Shown here in pieces: positions 20,780 to 32,090 of a stretch of 58,052 nucleotides of DNA. This DNA comes from Myxococcota bacterium. Lineage in GTDB: Bacteria; Myxococcota_A; Bradymonadia; UBA7976; UBA1532. The position numbers and the translations under genes are program-made. The notes under the pieces are model-generated. The model saw only the letters and a program-made list of their open reading frames with translations, did not search any database and was not told the DNA's origin. The DNA is taken from contig JAYZEG010000032.1 of NCBI GenBank assembly GCA_036337435.1, forward strand, positions 1 through 58,052, given 5' to 3'. Every line of letters starts with the position of its first letter. The stretch's first letter is position 1.

Positions 20780-22195
20780 ATGACAGCCTATCGGCCCACA
20801 TTTACCCCCAGAGAAACGGTATCCGAACTAGACCGATACATAGTTGGACAAAACAAGGCGAAGAAAGCCGTTGCCATCGCGCTGCGTAACCGTTGGCGTC
20901 GCCGGCAAGTATCCGACGACTTACGAGATGAAATTAATCCAAAAAATATCATCATGATCGGCCCTACAGGGGTTGGTAAAACCGAGATTGCCCGCCGCCT
21001 TGCTAAGCTTGGGCAAGCGCCATTCATCAAGGTGGAAGCCAGTAAATTCACTGAAGTTGGTTACGTGGGTCGCGATGTTGAATCCATGATCCGTGACTTG
21101 ACCGACATCGCCATCAATATGGTCAAAGTGGAAGAAACTGAGCGAAACGAAACGAAAGCGGCTGCGGCAGCTGAGGACCGCCTGATCGAGCTGTTACTCG
21201 AAGAGGCTCGACCCCACATGCAGAATGCCACGCCGCAAAATTACTTTTCCGTTGGGCCCGATGGTTCGACGGTTAATGTCAGTCCAGCGGAGCGGGAGTC
21301 TCTTCGCCAACAGCTGCGTTCGGGCAGTCTGGACGAGGCGATGGTGACCATAAAGACAGCCGTGAATCAGCCCGGACCACAATTTGAAATTTTGGCTGGT
21401 GCAGGCATGGACGACATGATGTCCAACTTGAAAGATGCCCTCGGAAACTTGCAAGGGATGATGCCCGGTGGCGGGAAGTCTCGCGAACAGCGCGTGAATG
21501 TGCCGGAAGCCCTTCGTATCTTGACGGAACAAGAAAGCGAAAAATTAGTGGATATGGATCGGGTAACTGAACTCGCTCTTGACCGAGTGCAGAATTCGGG
21601 AATCATTTTTGTAGATGAAATAGATAAGATTGCAATGGGTGGAAACCGAGGCGGCACCGGAGGTCCAGGGCCTGATATATCACGAGGAGGCGTCCAACGA
21701 GATCTCCTACCGATTGTCGAAGGCTCCATGGTCACCACGAAATATGGTGTTGTGCGGACGGATCATATCCTGTTCATTGCAGCAGGGGCCTTTCACGAGG
21801 CAAAGGTCTCTGACCTGATCCCAGAACTCCAAGGGCGTTTTCCCATTCGCGTAGAATTGAATGCATTGGGCGAAGACGAGTTTTTTCGAATTTTGACTGA
21901 GCCCAGGAACAGTCTGGTTCGTCAATATGAAGCGTTGATGGCAACGGAAGGTGTGACGTTGGTCTTCGAGGACGATGGGATTCGGGAGTTGGCGCGGGTG
22001 GCCTTTGAGGCCAATACTCGGCTCGAGAACATTGGGGCTAGGCGTTTGCACACGGTCTTGGAGAATCTACTTGAAGACGTGTCATTCAAGGCCCCAGAAC
22101 TCACGGGTAAAACCATCACCATCGATGCGAATTTAGTGCGCGACAAAATGGGCGAGGTGCTCGAGGATGACGATCTGCGTCGCTATATCTTGTAG
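20780..22195 (+). CDS. hslU: ATP-dependent protease ATPase HslU
   Basis: [31 protein letters not shown]-terminal RYIL. Confidence 0.97.
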   Translation: MTAYRPTFTPRETVSELDRYIVGQNKAKKAVAIALRNRWRRRQVSDDLRDEINPKNIIMIGPTGVGKTEIARRLAKLGQAPFIKVEASKFTEVGYVGRDVESMIRDLTDIAINMVKVEETERNETKAAAAAEDRLIELLLEEARPHMQNATPQNYFSVGPDGSTVNVSPAERESLRQQLRSGSLDEAMVTIKTAVNQPGPQFEILAGAGMDDMMSNLKDALGNLQGMMPGGGKSREQRVNVPEALRILTEQESEKLVDMDRVTELALDRVQNSGIIFVDEIDKIAMGGNRGGTGGPGPDISRGGVQRDLLPIVEGSMVTTKYGVVRTDHILFIAAGAFHEAKVSDLIPELQGRFPIRVELNALGEDEFFRILTEPRNSLVRQYEALMATEGVTLVFEDDGIRELARVAFEANTRLENIGARRLHTVLENLLEDVSFKAPELTGKTITIDANLVRDKMGEVLEDDDLRRYIL

Positions 22196-22317
22196 CCTCA
22201 GCCCCTTTCAACGACCCATTTGAGAGCCTCAGCGGCCAGTCAAATAAACACACCGCCATTGTGTCGTTGTGGCTGAGTAATTAAGCGGGTAATGTGCCGC
22301 ACATATTGACCGGTTTA

Positions 22318-23184
22318 ATGGACCTCAAAATGGTTTTAGAAGCGTTACAAGCGAAGGCAGATGTACTCATTGAAGCGCTGCCATACATCCGACGATTCAG
22401 TGGGGAGACGCTCGTCGTCAAATACGGCGGTCACGCAATGACCAATTTGGACGCTGCCGTCAGTTTTGCCACCGATGTGACCTTGTTGAGTTCCATCGGC
22501 ATAAAGGTTGTTGTCGTTCATGGTGGGGGACCGCAGATCCAAGACATGCTGGATCGCGTGGGTAAAGAATCGACCTTCAAGAATGGGTATCGAGTCACAG
22601 ACGACGAAACGATGCGTTTGGTTCGTATGGTCCTTGTCGGTCAGGTGAACCAGGAGATTGTGACTCGGATTAATCATGTGGGCGGACAAGCGGTTGGTCT
22701 ATCCGGAGCTGACGGTGGCCTCCTCGCCGGCCGCAAGGTGACCGTTGGTGGTGCTGATGTAGGGCGGGTCGGGGTCATAGAACATGTCAAAGTTGAGCAT
22801 ATCAATCGCTTAACGGACGACCAGTTTATCCCAGTGATTGCACCCGTTGCTGTCGACGATGCCGCTGAAGCACTCAATGTAAACGCGGACCTCGCCGCAA
22901 GTGCCGTCGCATCTCATCTCGGCGCGCGCAAGCTGCTCTTGATGACTGATGTCGCAGGCGTAAAGGGCCTCGATGGGCAGGTCATATCCAGTATTAATCG
23001 TGCGGAGATTCCTCAGATGATTGAGGCTGGAATCCTGACTGGCGGAATGCTACCCAAACTGAAATGTGCCGTAGATGCGGTCTCCAATGGAGTTCGCAAA
23101 GTCCATATCGTCGATGGACGTTTACGTCATGCCATGTTGTTGGAGCTTTTTACCGACCAAGGTGCCGGCACAGAGGTTATCTGA
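22318..23184 (+). CDS. argB: Acetylglutamate kinase
   Basis: LIEALPYI, VKYGG, VHGGGP, NVNAD, GGMLPK. Start uncertain (22294-22330). Confidence 0.95.
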   Translation: MDLKMVLEALQAKADVLIEALPYIRRFSGETLVVKYGGHAMTNLDAAVSFATDVTLLSSIGIKVVVVHGGGPQIQDMLDRVGKESTFKNGYRVTDDETMRLVRMVLVGQVNQEIVTRINHVGGQAVGLSGADGGLLAGRKVTVGGADVGRVGVIEHVKVEHINRLTDDQFIPVIAPVAVDDAAEALNVNADLAASAVASHLGARKLLLMTDVAGVKGLDGQVISSINRAEIPQMIEAGILTGGMLPKLKCAVDAVSNGVRKVHIVDGRLRHAMLLELFTDQGAGTEVI

Positions 23185-23714
23185 TGACGGCGATGTTTTG
23201 GTGGCTGGCCGGCGCTGTCACACTTGTTTTTCTGCTTATCTTACGGAGGGTCTGGCCCTTCTTGAATGGTCGTGCCCGAGCTCGCGATGACCGGTCCCAA
23301 ACGCTGAATCGTTGGAACACCTATATGGTGCCGATGCTGCGGAAGTATATGACCGAGGGCTTATCGGTTGGACTAGCAGGATCCTTCAAAAGCTCGCTAG
23401 ATGGCTCCGAATATACAAGTGCGACCTGGTCTTTCCAACCAACACTATTTCCCGAGGTTGATTACATCGCACTCGCGCTGCCAGTCGATGAAGAGTCGGT
23501 TCGTTTCGAGCTCGTGGGCTTTATTAAAGCTGCATCTCTTCGAGAAAAATTGGGGCAAACCATTGAACCTCAAATGATTTTTGGTCACTCGACCTGGGTT
23601 TACGTTTGGCCCGATGGAATTGACTATGAGTCAATAATCGAGTCTTGTATTGCAGCGGACGAGTTCAAAAAAACGCATGGGCTTGTTCAGCCACAGGCTA
23701 TGGAGATACCATGA
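23184..23714 (+). CDS. Hypothetical protein with an N-terminal membrane anchor
   Basis: ATG overlaps the argB stop (TGATG) and its own stop overlaps the argD ATG (ATGA); one TM segment FWWLAGAVTLVFLLIL followed by RR. Confidence 0.7.
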   Translation: MTAMFWWLAGAVTLVFLLILRRVWPFLNGRARARDDRSQTLNRWNTYMVPMLRKYMTEGLSVGLAGSFKSSLDGSEYTSATWSFQPTLFPEVDYIALALPVDEESVRFELVGFIKAASLREKLGQTIEPQMIFGHSTWVYVWPDGIDYESIIESCIAADEFKKTHGLVQPQAMEIP

Positions 23715-24925
23715 GTACTTTGTCGCAAGTTGAGTTGGCAGCACTCGCAGAATCTGTTTTGACGCCCAATTATAAACCCGCTCCCGTCGTATTCGAACGG
23801 GGGAATGGTGTTTGGTTGTACGATGTAAATGGCAAGCGTTACCTTGACTTTGCCGCAGGAATCGCGGTTTGTGCGCTGGGTCATGGTCATCCAGCACTGA
23901 CTAAGGCCATTAGTCAGCAAGCTGAGAGTCTCTTGCATGTAAGTAACCTGTATTTGAATAAACCGGCCATCGAACTTGCACAAAGGCTGACAGAAATCAG
24001 TTTTGCTGACCGAGTCTATTTCTCCAATAGTGGTGCCGAGTCCAACGAGGCGGCACTCAAACTAGCGAGGCGGTATTTGCAGGTGGTTCGAGGTGAAGGA
24101 AACCGCAGTGAATTCGTCTCCACGACGAAGAGTTTTCATGGACGGACCTGGGCTGCCATCAGCGCGACAGGTCAGCCAAAGTATCATAAAGGATTCGGTC
24201 CGTTAGTCCCTGGATTCACCCATGTGCCTTATAGCGACCTGGAGGCGATGAAGGCAGCGGTGGGACCAAATACGTGTGCGATCATTGTCGAACCCATCCA
24301 AGGGGAAGGCGGTGTTGTTGTTCCCGATGAAGGCTATCTGCTGGGTCTGCGGCAGTTATGCGACGATGAAGGCATACTGCTCATTTTTGATGAGGTTCAA
24401 ACCGGAATTGCAAGAACTGGACATTGGTTCGCTTATCAGCATAGCGGGGTGTGCCCTGACATCATCACCCTTGCAAAAGGCCTTGGAGGCGGCGTGCCCA
24501 TCGGGGCCATGATGTGTAGTGAAACTGTTGCTCATGGTTTCCAGCCTGGCGTACACGCCACCACCTACGGCGGTAATCCCTTGGTTTGTCGCGCGGCCTT
24601 GGCTGTGTTGGATACCATCGAGGCAGATGGACTCCTATCAAACAGTGCTGAACAGGGTGACTATCTGGCCGCGGGCTTGCAAGACCTAGTCGATGATTTT
24701 GATGGTTTATTGAGCGTTCGCGGTCGCGGTCTCATGCGGGGTATCGGTGTAGATCCTGCGATTATAGATAGAGCAGCCATTGTATCGGCCGCGCGGGATA
24801 TGGGGCTCTTGCTGACAACAGCTGGTGCCGATGCGCTCCGGTTGGTCCCACCTCTGATTCTTGGCTCGTCCCACGTCGATGAAGCCGTCAGTCTGCTACG
24901 TCAGGCTCTCGAGGAGGTTTGCTAG
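23711..24925 (+). CDS. argD: Acetylornithine aminotransferase
   Basis: DFAAGIAVCALGH, NSGAESNE, FHGRT, EPIQGEGG, DEVQTG, LAKGLGGG. GGAG SD before ATG 23711. Confidence 0.95.
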   Translation: MSTLSQVELAALAESVLTPNYKPAPVVFERGNGVWLYDVNGKRYLDFAAGIAVCALGHGHPALTKAISQQAESLLHVSNLYLNKPAIELAQRLTEISFADRVYFSNSGAESNEAALKLARRYLQVVRGEGNRSEFVSTTKSFHGRTWAAISATGQPKYHKGFGPLVPGFTHVPYSDLEAMKAAVGPNTCAIIVEPIQGEGGVVVPDEGYLLGLRQLCDDEGILLIFDEVQTGIARTGHWFAYQHSGVCPDIITLAKGLGGGVPIGAMMCSETVAHGFQPGVHATTYGGNPLVCRAALAVLDTIEADGLLSNSAEQGDYLAAGLQDLVDDFDGLLSVRGRGLMRGIGVDPAIIDRAAIVSAARDMGLLLTTAGADALRLVPPLILGSSHVDEAVSLLRQALEEVC

Positions 24926-25842
24926 TGGCCAAGAAAGATCTGATCACACTGGACCAGCTCACTCGACCGGTTCTCATCGGTCTTATCGAGCGAGCCATAG
25001 AGATGAAGAATGGGCATCGAGAGCGAACGCTTGATGGTAAAACCCTCGCGATGATTTTTGCCAAAGCATCTACCCGAACACGCGTGAGTTTCGAAGTGGG
25101 CATGTTTCAGCTTGGGGGTCATGCGCTTATGATGTCCACGCAATCGAGTCAAATCGGTCGCGGAGAGCCTATTTCAGATACGGCGCACGTATTGAGTCGC
25201 TATGTTGATGGCATCATGATCCGGACTTTTCATCACGACGACGTGGTTGAACTGGCCCGCAACGCAACGGTGCCCGTGATCAATGCGCTTACCGATTTGA
25301 CCCATCCTTGCCAGGTTGCTGCCGACTTGATGACGGCCGCCGAAGAATTTGGTCTGGATCAGTTGTCCAACATCAAGGTGGCTTGGATTGGCGATGGCAA
25401 TAATATGGCCAACTCATGGATCAATGCGGCCCAAGTTCTCGGGTTCGAGTTGTCTTTGGCGTGCCCATCGGGCTACGGCCCTGACCAGGCCATCGTCGAA
25501 AGAGCACAGGCGCACGGAACACGTCTGCACCTCACGCAGAGTCCACACGACGCGGTCATCAATGCTGATGTTGTGACGACAGATGTTTGGGCGAGTATGG
25601 GACAAGAGGATGAGGCCGTGCAGAGGCAAAAGGCGTTTGACGGTTTCTGTGTTGATGGCCCTCTTATGGCAAACGCAAAAGACCAGGCTATTTTCCTTCA
25701 TTGTTTACCGGCACACCGTGGCGAAGAGGTCACATCTCAAGTGATTGATGGCCCTCGCTCGAGGATCTATGACGAGGCAGAGAATCGGCTTCACATCCAG
25801 AAGTCTATTCTAGAGTGGACTTACGGTGTTCACCAGATTTGA
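24925..25842 (+). CDS. argF: Ornithine carbamoyltransferase
   Basis: STRTR, HPCQ, DVWASMG, HCLP, AENR. GTG 24925 overlaps the argD stop. Confidence 0.96.
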   Translation: MAKKDLITLDQLTRPVLIGLIERAIEMKNGHRERTLDGKTLAMIFAKASTRTRVSFEVGMFQLGGHALMMSTQSSQIGRGEPISDTAHVLSRYVDGIMIRTFHHDDVVELARNATVPVINALTDLTHPCQVAADLMTAAEEFGLDQLSNIKVAWIGDGNNMANSWINAAQVLGFELSLACPSGYGPDQAIVERAQAHGTRLHLTQSPHDAVINADVVTTDVWASMGQEDEAVQRQKAFDGFCVDGPLMANAKDQAIFLHCLPAHRGEEVTSQVIDGPRSRIYDEAENRLHIQKSILEWTYGVHQI

Positions 25843-25847
25843 CGCGC

Positions 25848-28472
25848 TCAGCTCGCTGGTTGAGGTTTTGCTGCAGTGGCGTCAACCGTTGGGGCTCCTT
25901 GGTCCGACATCAACCACGCTGGTTGTCCCACGGCAGGGCTGACTGATTCGAGACCCGCAGTGATTGGCGGTGTTAACTTGATGCCCTTGTCGGTCAAAAA
26001 TGCTTCCAAGCAGAGTCCAACAAGCACAAAGAATTGCACCCCGAATACGGCGACAGTTTCCCAGAAATACTGTTCGTCATACCAGCCCACATTGAGTTGA
26101 ATGATGTGACCCAGAATGACCATGGCCACCGCGGCCACCATATAGATCATGCGGCGCATAGCCAGCAAAGCAAAAAGAACCAGGTAGCTGTAGTAATAGC
26201 ACGTGAGTTCAAAAATACAGGTGATCAATAAGGTGCTGAGCGCGGTCAACTCCCAGTTGTCAAGACGACGCCCCGCGTAGCCTATCATCGCCAAGAAAAG
26301 GAGTATGAGCGCATAATGAAGACCCTTACGCGCCTGAAGGGTATCTTGGCGACCACGTTTCCATTTTTTGAATGGGTCTTGTTCGACAGAAAGCACCGAT
26401 GCCGAGTCGTATTCTACGATAGTCCCGTCACTCTTTCGAAGTTTAACAATGGGCCCGTTGACATCTTTCGAAAGCAGCTGACCTTCGACTTCCGTCCGAC
26501 TCTCTTTTAAGGTGACCACAGCCCATTTCTGATCCTTCGTTCGTCGGCCAATAAGATCAGAATCGTAGGACAGTATCGTTGGCAAACCCATATGGTTGGT
26601 GAGTGGCGTACCCTTATGTTTGAACGAGTTCGTTAAAAACTCTTTATAGGTTCCTAGACCGTCGACGGTCGGTATGCTCAGGGCGACGAGACTCACCAGC
26701 GCGACGGTGCAGCCGGCGATGAGTCTAATTTGGTCACGGGTCAGTTTTTTGAATTTCAGAAGAGTATAGCCAATCTTTATACTCACACCGCCGATGAGTG
26801 CACCTGGAAAGACTCGCAAGAGCATTGACCAGGTGATCCCTGCACCGCCGAGCATTGGGTAGCCCCGTTTTAGGAAGCAGGTGCCTGCGACAGCCATAAA
26901 CCACCACGGTACCCGGCCAAATCCACCCCCAGTCCAAAAATAAGCATAGGGGTATCCGGTCGCCCAGATCAGCATGGCGAATGCAGCACCGTAGAGGCCA
27001 AAGGCCCACCAGATCATCAGAAACCCAGCGATATAGAGAAGCCCATCGATCACCGTAAACCAGCCAATTCGATTGCCGAAGGCCGCCTTATCCTGAGCAA
27101 AACGTCGTTTGATTTCCGTTTTTTCGGCAACGCTCTTCCCTTTTATGTTGGCCGGAGAATTGATCAAGTGGTCGGGAGGAACGGAGGTATTCCAACCAAT
27201 ATTCGTCAGTGGTTTACCGACCAATGTCCAAACAGGTGTTGCATTAAATCCATGGTCTTTGAACATCTTAGACCACCAATCGGTGCCCATATACGCTCTA
27301 AATAGCCGGAGATCTTGCTTGAATGCGTTCCAGCGCTCGGGGCTTTTGAAGGCAGCCCGGCATTCGTCCGCCCGCGACAGAGCGACCGAGGCTGGAAACA
27401 ATTTATTGTCTCTCAGATCACGGATCTGCCTGGTTTTGAACTCGTTTTTGCGGCCGTCATCGACTTCTCCGATAGCCGAGCATTGATAGAGGAGTTCATA
27501 GCGATTTTCAGAGAAGTATTTGCCGCCCATGTAATAGTGGAACGTATCCCAGTAGTGGATTGCTTTGGAGCCGTGAAAAGATCCAAAGTTGGTCCAAGTG
27601 ATTCCACCCGCGAACAAGATTAAAATGAGTGCTGGGCGCGCAAACCAAACACTGTTAGGTGCCCCAGTTACCCGCTTGAATACCCGGACAATCGCCCACA
27701 AAATACTGGCCACCAACAAGCTAACGGCCAGGTATTTAGGTCGGTCCGTGGTGAGAACAGGCTCATGATACACGCAAAAGGTTATCAAACTCGCAAGGGC
27801 CAGGCTGGCCCCGATAACCCCATAGAAGAATCCCTGACGATTTGGCGAGCGACGATTGAGCAGCAAGAGGAGCAAAAGTACGAAGCCGACGCTGATGACG
27901 GCGAGCTTTTTGAAGGCGATCCTCTGCTTTCGACTTCCCTTAGTGGTCTTGGCTGCTGGCAAGGGCATGATGACCGCTGGTGGCCAGACTTTTGGCAGGA
28001 CACAGAAGGCTTGGACCTCTGAAATACTGTAGCTGCCGTCTCCCTCTGCACCCGGTGCGAATCGCAGATATCTCGCGGTCTCAGATAGGTTTTGCGCCAG
28101 GCGGGTTCGAAGACCTGAATGCGGGTGTTTCGGCACCGTCCAAAGCGGGGAATAAGTTTTGCCATCGACGGATGCACTCACCAGATAGGTGTCATTGTTA
28201 TCCGCTTGCATATACAACGCGGAGATTTTTGTTTCCCTACCCAGGTCAAAAGTGACCTCACTTTGGCTATTTGCCATGATGGCTGACTGCACACCATTCC
28301 AAGGGCCACCTTCGCTCGACGCCGTATTATTTGTGAGCCGAGTAATTAACCGGGTGTCCTTCATGCCCACAGGTTTTTTGCCACTGAGGAGATTGCCTGG
28401 TGGACATGAGGGATCGCTGAAACCAATGCTCGGGGCGAGCCAGACTAATAAGATGAGCAGCAGCTTGTTCAT
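25848..28472 (-). CDS. Polytopic membrane protein with an N-terminal discoidin (F5/8 type C)-like domain; possible GT-C-type glycosyltransferase
   Basis: Start refined to MNKLLL (ATG 28472, GGAGA SD); signal peptide; NLLSGK...VTFDLG...SVDGKTY...ARYLRF...SISEVQ; more than 10 hydrophobic segments; HYWDTFHYY loop after a TM helix. Confidence 0.65.
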   Translation of the reverse strand: MNKLLLILLVWLAPSIGFSDPSCPPGNLLSGKKPVGMKDTRLITRLTNNTASSEGGPWNGVQSAIMANSQSEVTFDLGRETKISALYMQADNNDTYLVSASVDGKTYSPLWTVPKHPHSGLRTRLAQNLSETARYLRFAPGAEGDGSYSISEVQAFCVLPKVWPPAVIMPLPAAKTTKGSRKQRIAFKKLAVISVGFVLLLLLLLNRRSPNRQGFFYGVIGASLALASLITFCVYHEPVLTTDRPKYLAVSLLVASILWAIVRVFKRVTGAPNSVWFARPALILILFAGGITWTNFGSFHGSKAIHYWDTFHYYMGGKYFSENRYELLYQCSAIGEVDDGRKNEFKTRQIRDLRDNKLFPASVALSRADECRAAFKSPERWNAFKQDLRLFRAYMGTDWWSKMFKDHGFNATPVWTLVGKPLTNIGWNTSVPPDHLINSPANIKGKSVAEKTEIKRRFAQDKAAFGNRIGWFTVIDGLLYIAGFLMIWWAFGLYGAAFAMLIWATGYPYAYFWTGGGFGRVPWWFMAVAGTCFLKRGYPMLGGAGITWSMLLRVFPGALIGGVSIKIGYTLLKFKKLTRDQIRLIAGCTVALVSLVALSIPTVDGLGTYKEFLTNSFKHKGTPLTNHMGLPTILSYDSDLIGRRTKDQKWAVVTLKESRTEVEGQLLSKDVNGPIVKLRKSDGTIVEYDSASVLSVEQDPFKKWKRGRQDTLQARKGLHYALILLFLAMIGYAGRRLDNWELTALSTLLITCIFELTCYYYSYLVLFALLAMRRMIYMVAAVAMVILGHIIQLNVGWYDEQYFWETVAVFGVQFFVLVGLCLEAFLTDKGIKLTPPITAGLESVSPAVGQPAWLMSDQGAPTVDATAAKPQPAS

Positions 28473-28679
28473 CGCTGTCTCTCCACTGCGGTTATATCGC
28501 TTCAAATTGACTCCAAACTTGGCGTGATCGACGGTCTGCCCAACACCTTCAAGTCCCCTAAATGAGTCCACTAAAGCCCCTTTTCGTACTTTTTTCATCG
28601 TCGGAGGCCGTCGGGGTGCCAACGCATTTCGCGCGGCAACATAAGCAAAGCTGGCGTTAATGACAAGCGTACAGATTTT

Positions 28680-28699
28680 TATGTAGTTGTATGTAGTTG
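28680..28699. repeat. Perfect 10-bp tandem direct repeat TATGTAGTTG x2 in a divergent intergenic region
   Basis: Read directly at 28680-28689 and 28690-28699. Confidence 0.6.
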
Positions 28700-28827
28700 A
28701 GCTACCGTTCAGATCGGGTTATGAAAGAGATATCACGCAGTGGGTCCGGCGTCTTAGGATTCTGATAGATGCCAGCCCGGTCCCTCGAGGCTTGATACAG
28801 CGGATATGAGTTTGAAATGGAGTCGGA

Positions 28828-30249
28828 TTGAGCGAGTTAGATTACAGCGTCTTGGGTGCCTGGGAAGACTATCCGAAACGTAATTTCGAAACGGATGCGA
28901 CCGCTGTCGACATCGATACGCGCGCTGCATTTGTTTTGACGCGAATCGATGGCAATTCATCCGTCGCAGACCTGTGTACCGTAACGGGCTTGGGTGAGCG
29001 CGATACCCTGGTCCATTTAAAGCGTCTGGTTGAGCTACAGCTGGTCTTTCTTGAACCGAGCGACGGGAAACGAAGGCCCATCAATTTACGTGAACGGCAC
29101 AAGTCCGCAGCACCAATTCCGGAGACCAATGCGCCAGACTACAATGGGAGCAGCGAAGCGGATGCAGCATGGCTGGCGCAGTTCGGGGCGTTGGGAGCGG
29201 TGCCGGGTCGCCGGAGACGAGGGTCGGGTAAGAATCGATTTGGTGGCCTTAAATTTGACCAAGATCTGCTCCGGGAAGCTGACTTTCTGACCATTGAATT
29301 CAAAAAGGAAGTGATCTTTCTCCACGCTTACATCGGACAGATCGACAACTTTGAGTTTTTTCATATCGAGCCGACTGATGATAGAAAGCTGATTCGAAAA
29401 GCCTACTTTGAATTTAGCCGACGGTTCCACCCGGATACGGTTTTTAGGCGAGACGTTGGACCCTATGAAGATAAAATTTCAACCATCTTCAAACATGGTA
29501 CCGACGCCTACGAATTAATGAGTTCAAATACCGCCTTTAGAGAGCGATATTTAGCGGCTGTAAAGGCGCGGAACCATTTGATGGAAGAAGATGCAGCGAA
29601 CCGTCGTGTGACTCAGCAAAAGGCAAGGCTTGGGCGTTTGCGCAAGCAGTCGTCCGCTCGTAAGGATGCCTTGAGGGCGAGACTTGAGAAAAATACGGCT
29701 GTGCGCAGTTCCGTGAGCCGAGATAAACAAGTCGGCTCTCGCTTGGATAAAGCAAAACAGTTCTACAATGAGGGGATGGCTCATTTTGAAAATGAGAGCT
29801 ATATCTCGGCGACAAATTCATTACGTTTGGCGGCCAGTTATGACCCGAAGAATGGCGAATATAGCGCGGCTCTCGCGCTCTCCGAAGAACGAATGAAAGC
29901 GTCTAAGGCGGAGGCTCAATGGAAACGAGGCTATATTCAGGAATCACTTGGGCATATCTCTGAAGCGCTACAAGCGTATTTGGAGGCGGCGGATGTGCTA
30001 CCCAAACCGGATTATTGCTCGCACATTGCTCATCTGCTGTTAAAGTATGACCAAGATCTGCATAAAGCGGAGGAATTGGCCTTAAAGGCAGTCAAAGGCG
30101 ACCCAAAGAATATCGAATTTAAATTGATTCTTGGTCGCATTTATCAGCAGGCTAAGTTAACCAAGAAAGCGGTGTCGGTTTTTGAGCAGGTCCTTGAACT
30201 GGACAGTCGACACGCAGAGGCAAAGCAAGCGCTCAAAAAACTGAAGTAG
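28828..30249 (+). CDS. J-domain co-chaperone with an N-terminal winged-helix-like domain and C-terminal TPRs
   Basis: IRKAYFEFSRRFHPD J-domain motif; TPRs; immediately upstream of an Hsp70 gene. Confidence 0.85.
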   Translation: MSELDYSVLGAWEDYPKRNFETDATAVDIDTRAAFVLTRIDGNSSVADLCTVTGLGERDTLVHLKRLVELQLVFLEPSDGKRRPINLRERHKSAAPIPETNAPDYNGSSEADAAWLAQFGALGAVPGRRRRGSGKNRFGGLKFDQDLLREADFLTIEFKKEVIFLHAYIGQIDNFEFFHIEPTDDRKLIRKAYFEFSRRFHPDTVFRRDVGPYEDKISTIFKHGTDAYELMSSNTAFRERYLAAVKARNHLMEEDAANRRVTQQKARLGRLRKQSSARKDALRARLEKNTAVRSSVSRDKQVGSRLDKAKQFYNEGMAHFENESYISATNSLRLAASYDPKNGEYSAALALSEERMKASKAEAQWKRGYIQESLGHISEALQAYLEAADVLPKPDYCSHIAHLLLKYDQDLHKAEELALKAVKGDPKNIEFKLILGRIYQQAKLTKKAVSVFEQVLELDSRHAEAKQALKKLK

Positions 30250-30267
30250 CACGGGGGGCTGCGCTAA

Positions 30268-32085
30268 ATGGAGCGAATAATCGGAATCGATCTCGGCACG
30301 ACAAACTCGTGCGTCGCTTTGGTTGAAGGGGGCGTGCCAGTCGTCTTGACCAATCAGGGTGGTTATAAAACGACCCCATCTGTGGTTGCTGTCTCAGACA
30401 GCGGGAAACGTTTGGTCGGTCACATCGCTAAGCGTCAGTCTGTGACCAACGCAGCCAACACGGTCTATGCAGCAAAGAGGCTTATCGGCAGGCGCTGGGG
30501 ATCCCCTCCCGTGCGGACCATGATAGAGACGATGCCGTATACGATTGTTGAAGGTCCAAATAACGACCCTCGTATCCAATTGCGCGACCGCGTGTACTCG
30601 ATTCCTGAATTGAGCAGCATTATCTTACAGGAGATGCGTCTCGTTGCGGAGGAATATACAGGGGACTCCATTCAGCAAGCCGTGATTACAGTGCCTGCCT
30701 ATTTTAATGATTCACAGCGCCAAGCCACGAAGGCAGCAGGAGAGATTGCCGGTCTGGATGTACTGCGGATCATTAACGAACCGACCGCAGCTGCGCTCGC
30801 ATATGGCTATGGTCGAGAGGTTGAGAAAACCGTTGCCGTTTATGATTTGGGCGGAGGAACCTTTGACATCTCTATCTTGTCGATTTCTGACGGCGTGTTC
30901 GAGGTTTTAGCAACTGCAGGGGATACGTTTCTCGGTGGCGAAGATTTTGACGGGCGGATCATCATGGATTGGTTGGTCCTCGATTTTGCACGCGAGCATC
31001 AGATCGATCTCCGACGAGATCGTATGGCACTACAGCGCCTGCGCGATGCCGCCGAGAAAGCCAAATGTGAATTGTCGAGTTCTAATGAGACCGAGATCAA
31101 CCTACCATTTATCATCTCCACTGGTGGCAGCGAGGCTCTACACCTCCAAAAGACATTATCTCGTCAGAAGCTGGAAGAACTCACTGTGGACCTCGTCGAA
31201 CGGACGACAAAGATTTGTCGACAGGCTGTCGAAGAAGCAGGTGAGACCATCGATGAAGTCCTCTTGGTTGGTGGAATGACCCGAATGCCTTTAGTGCAGC
31301 AGAAGGTGCGCGAGTGCTTTGGACTCGAGCCCTTGAGGGGCGTTCATCCCGAGGAAGTCGTTGCATTGGGAGCCGCCATACAAGGGGCATCGCTGTTTAA
31401 TGAGGGCAGCTCAGCACTCTTACTGGATGTGACACCACACTCCCTTGGGATCATGGTTCATGGGGGTCTTGTGAGCGTGGTTATTCCTCAGAATACAACA
31501 GTGCCCACCTCGAAGAGCCATATTTTTACAACGGTCAAAGACAACCAGACCTCGGTCAAGATCCTGGTTATGCAAGGAGATTCGGATCTGGCCGCTGAAA
31601 ATGAGATGATGGGTGAATTTATTCTGACCGGGTTGAGAGCCGCTAACGCGGGCGAAGTTGAGATCGAGGTGACCTTCGATAACAATGCTGATGGGATCGT
31701 CGCGGTGAGTGCGAAGGACCTAGAGACCGGCCAAGAACAAGCAATTACCGTTACAGCGTCTGCGGGTCTCACGCCCGAGGAAATTGAGTCAATGATTCGG
31801 GAAAACCAGGACCATTTGGTTTCTCGACGCTCCGATGAAGCCGTGGAGACTTTGAAGTTGCAAGCTCAGCGTACACTCATGGAGCTTGAACGGCTGTTTC
31901 CTCAGGTACGCTCCTTGCTCGATGAGTCTGAATTTGGGCAGGATGCGATACGCAAAGCCAACGGTGTAATCGATCGAGCTAAGCTCGCAATCGCCGCTGA
32001 GAATGTCGATGAACTGAAAAGCGTTCACGAAGCATTGAATCGCACTCACAACATGTTCAAAGGTGTCGTCCAAAAGATCGGCTGA
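30268..32085 (+). CDS. dnaK: Hsp70 chaperone (DnaK paralog)
   Basis: [44 protein letters not shown]. 605 aa with no disordered C-terminal tail; no adjacent grpE. Confidence 0.92.
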   Translation: MERIIGIDLGTTNSCVALVEGGVPVVLTNQGGYKTTPSVVAVSDSGKRLVGHIAKRQSVTNAANTVYAAKRLIGRRWGSPPVRTMIETMPYTIVEGPNNDPRIQLRDRVYSIPELSSIILQEMRLVAEEYTGDSIQQAVITVPAYFNDSQRQATKAAGEIAGLDVLRIINEPTAAALAYGYGREVEKTVAVYDLGGGTFDISILSISDGVFEVLATAGDTFLGGEDFDGRIIMDWLVLDFAREHQIDLRRDRMALQRLRDAAEKAKCELSSSNETEINLPFIISTGGSEALHLQKTLSRQKLEELTVDLVERTTKICRQAVEEAGETIDEVLLVGGMTRMPLVQQKVRECFGLEPLRGVHPEEVVALGAAIQGASLFNEGSSALLLDVTPHSLGIMVHGGLVSVVIPQNTTVPTSKSHIFTTVKDNQTSVKILVMQGDSDLAAENEMMGEFILTGLRAANAGEVEIEVTFDNNADGIVAVSAKDLETGQEQAITVTASAGLTPEEIESMIRENQDHLVSRRSDEAVETLKLQAQRTLMELERLFPQVRSLLDESEFGQDAIRKANGVIDRAKLAIAAENVDELKSVHEALNRTHNMFKGVVQKIG

Positions 32086-32090
32086 TTTGA

